NCBI GenBank assembly: GCA_964439815.1
Contig: CAYTPO010000142.1
Coordinates: forward strand, 6,310 to 70,309
Origin: an uncultured Thiotrichales bacterium
GTDB lineage: Bacteria > Pseudomonadota > Gammaproteobacteria > UWMA-0217
Direction: 5' to 3'
DNA length: 64,000 nucleotides
In this document: piece by piece, positions 62,906 to 64,000 of the stretch
How positions within the stretch are numbered: position 1 is the stretch's first letter
Layout: each line of letters opens with the position of its first letter
Position numbers and translations under genes: made by a program
The notes under the pieces: generated by a model
Told to the model about the DNA's origin: nothing
Database searches by the model: none
Seen by the model: only the letters and a program-made list of their open reading frames with translations

Positions 62906-63704
62906 GGACTTCTCCCAGAAACTGTGATGAAAGATCGGGGGCTGGATAGTGGAAAGGTACCGGCCCATCGGGCAATCCCTGGATGAACTGCTGTACCCAG
63001 TCCGAGGAAGAAGCTCGCAGTGCGTCGGGGGAGCCCGCTTCGACCACCTTGCCATCGGAAATCAGAATGACGTGATCGGCAATCGACATGGTCTCCTCGA
63101 CATCATGGGAAACCAGCAGGCTGGTGATCTCCAGCGCCTGGTTGAGCCGCTTGATCAACGTAACGATGGTGCCCATCGTGATGGGATCCAGCCCGGTAAA
63201 CGGTTCGTCATACATGATCATTTCGGGATCGAGAATAATGGATCGCGCCAGCGCCACGCGCCTTGCCATGCCACCCGACAATTCACTGGGCATCAGCTCG
63301 GTTGCACCCCGCAAACCCACCGCCTGCAGCTTCATCAGCACCAGATCATGAATCATGTCCTCGGGCATCCGGGTATGTTCGCGCAGCGGGAACGCCACGT
63401 TCTCGAACACTGTCAGATCCGTCAGCAGTGCGCCGCTCTGAAACAGCATGCCCATCTTCTTGCGCAGCTCGTACAACTTGCGTCGCGACAAGCTGGGAAC
63501 GTTCTCACCATTGACCAGCACCTTGCCGGAATCCGGTTTCAGCTGCCCGCCGATCAGCCGCAGCAACGTGGTCTTGCCAGTGCCACTGGGTCCCATGATT
63601 GCAGTGATCCTGCCACGGGGAATCGACATCGAGATGCCGTCGAAGATGCGGCGGCTACCCCGTGTAAAGCTGAGATTGTCGAGCTGTATATGCGCTGATT
63701 CCAT
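62898..63704 (-). CDS. mlaF: ABC transporter ATP-binding protein MlaF. The real start is [11 protein letters not shown].
   Basis: Walker [10 protein letters not shown], signature [14 protein letters not shown], and C-terminal [10 protein letters not shown] as in MlaF. Confidence 0.9.
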   Translation of the reverse strand: MESAHIQLDNLSFTRGSRRIFDGISMSIPRGRITAIMGPSGTGKTTLLRLIGGQLKPDSGKVLVNGENVPSLSRRKLYELRKKMGMLFQSGALLTDLTVFENVAFPLREHTRMPEDMIHDLVLMKLQAVGLRGATELMPSELSGGMARRVALARSIILDPEMIMYDEPFTGLDPITMGTIVTLIKRLNQALEITSLLVSHDVEETMSIADHVILISDGKVVEAGSPDALRASSSDWVQQFIQGLPDGPVPFHYPAPDLSSQFLGEVRA

Positions 63705-63763
63705 GGCCGCATAGACTGCCATAGTTACTCTGCTTCAACCAGTTGGAATTGTAACCAAGGGTA

Positions 63764-63997
63764 TTAGCGCTGCATCAACTGCAATAATATCCCGACCTGT
63801 GCCAGATAATCCGGCGCAGCTTCGATCACCAGTATGACCTGCGACGATGGAAACCGCGCAGCGATGCCTTCAACCTCTCTGCGCATATCCCGCAGCGTAT
63901 GCCCGTCTTCAGGTACCAGATGGATCACCACCAGCGTCTGGTTGCAAAATATCCAGCGGCACAGACTGTCCTCACTGCCATCACAGGGTTGTTTCAT
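63764..63997 (-). CDS. Small ORF of unknown function upstream of mlaF, possibly spurious
   Basis: From the ORF track only. No motif recognised. Confidence 0.2.
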   Translation of the reverse strand: MKQPCDGSEDSLCRWIFCNQTLVVIHLVPEDGHTLRDMRREVEGIAARFPSSQVILVIEAAPDYLAQVGILLQLMQR

Positions 63998-64000
63998 CTT

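Overview
This is a 64-kb chromosomal segment from a high-GC gammaproteobacterium, almost certainly a sulfur oxidiser. It carries aprBA (adenylylsulfate reductase), a secreted Gly/Tyr/Trp-rich sulfur-globule-like protein, the bc1 complex (petABC) followed by sspAB, and a GlyGly-CTERM (rhombosortase-type) surface protein. Most of the window is conserved housekeeping DNA: tilS-accA; glyA-nrdR-ribD-X-ribE-ribBA; the rpsB-tsf-pyrH-frr-uppS-cdsA-dxr-rseP-bamA-skp-lpxD-fabZ-lpxA supercluster; ettA; pqiA/A'/B/C; bpt; ampD; rep; pyrD; hisG-aroG-hisD-hisC; murA; mlaFEDCB. No rRNA, tRNA, CRISPR, transposase or integrase was recognised.

The features worth a second look are:
- an HslV/proteasome-beta-like Ntn hydrolase translationally coupled inside the riboflavin operon, with no hslU nearby;
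- a periplasmic protein of about 12 tandem 23-aa (I/V)PAxY repeats ending in a peptidoglycan-binding domain;
- a 54-nt intergenic element present in three copies, plus a REP-like palindrome family (CACCTGAATCC / GGATTCAGGTG) at several intergenic sites;
- an ettA-coupled cluster of three further genes (TMEM143-like membrane protein, DUF853 NTPase, PPK2);
- a DAHP synthase gene embedded in the his operon;
- a bpt gene translationally coupled to a secreted protein of unknown function.

Long plus-strand ORFs antisense to known genes are GC-driven artefacts and were not annotated.
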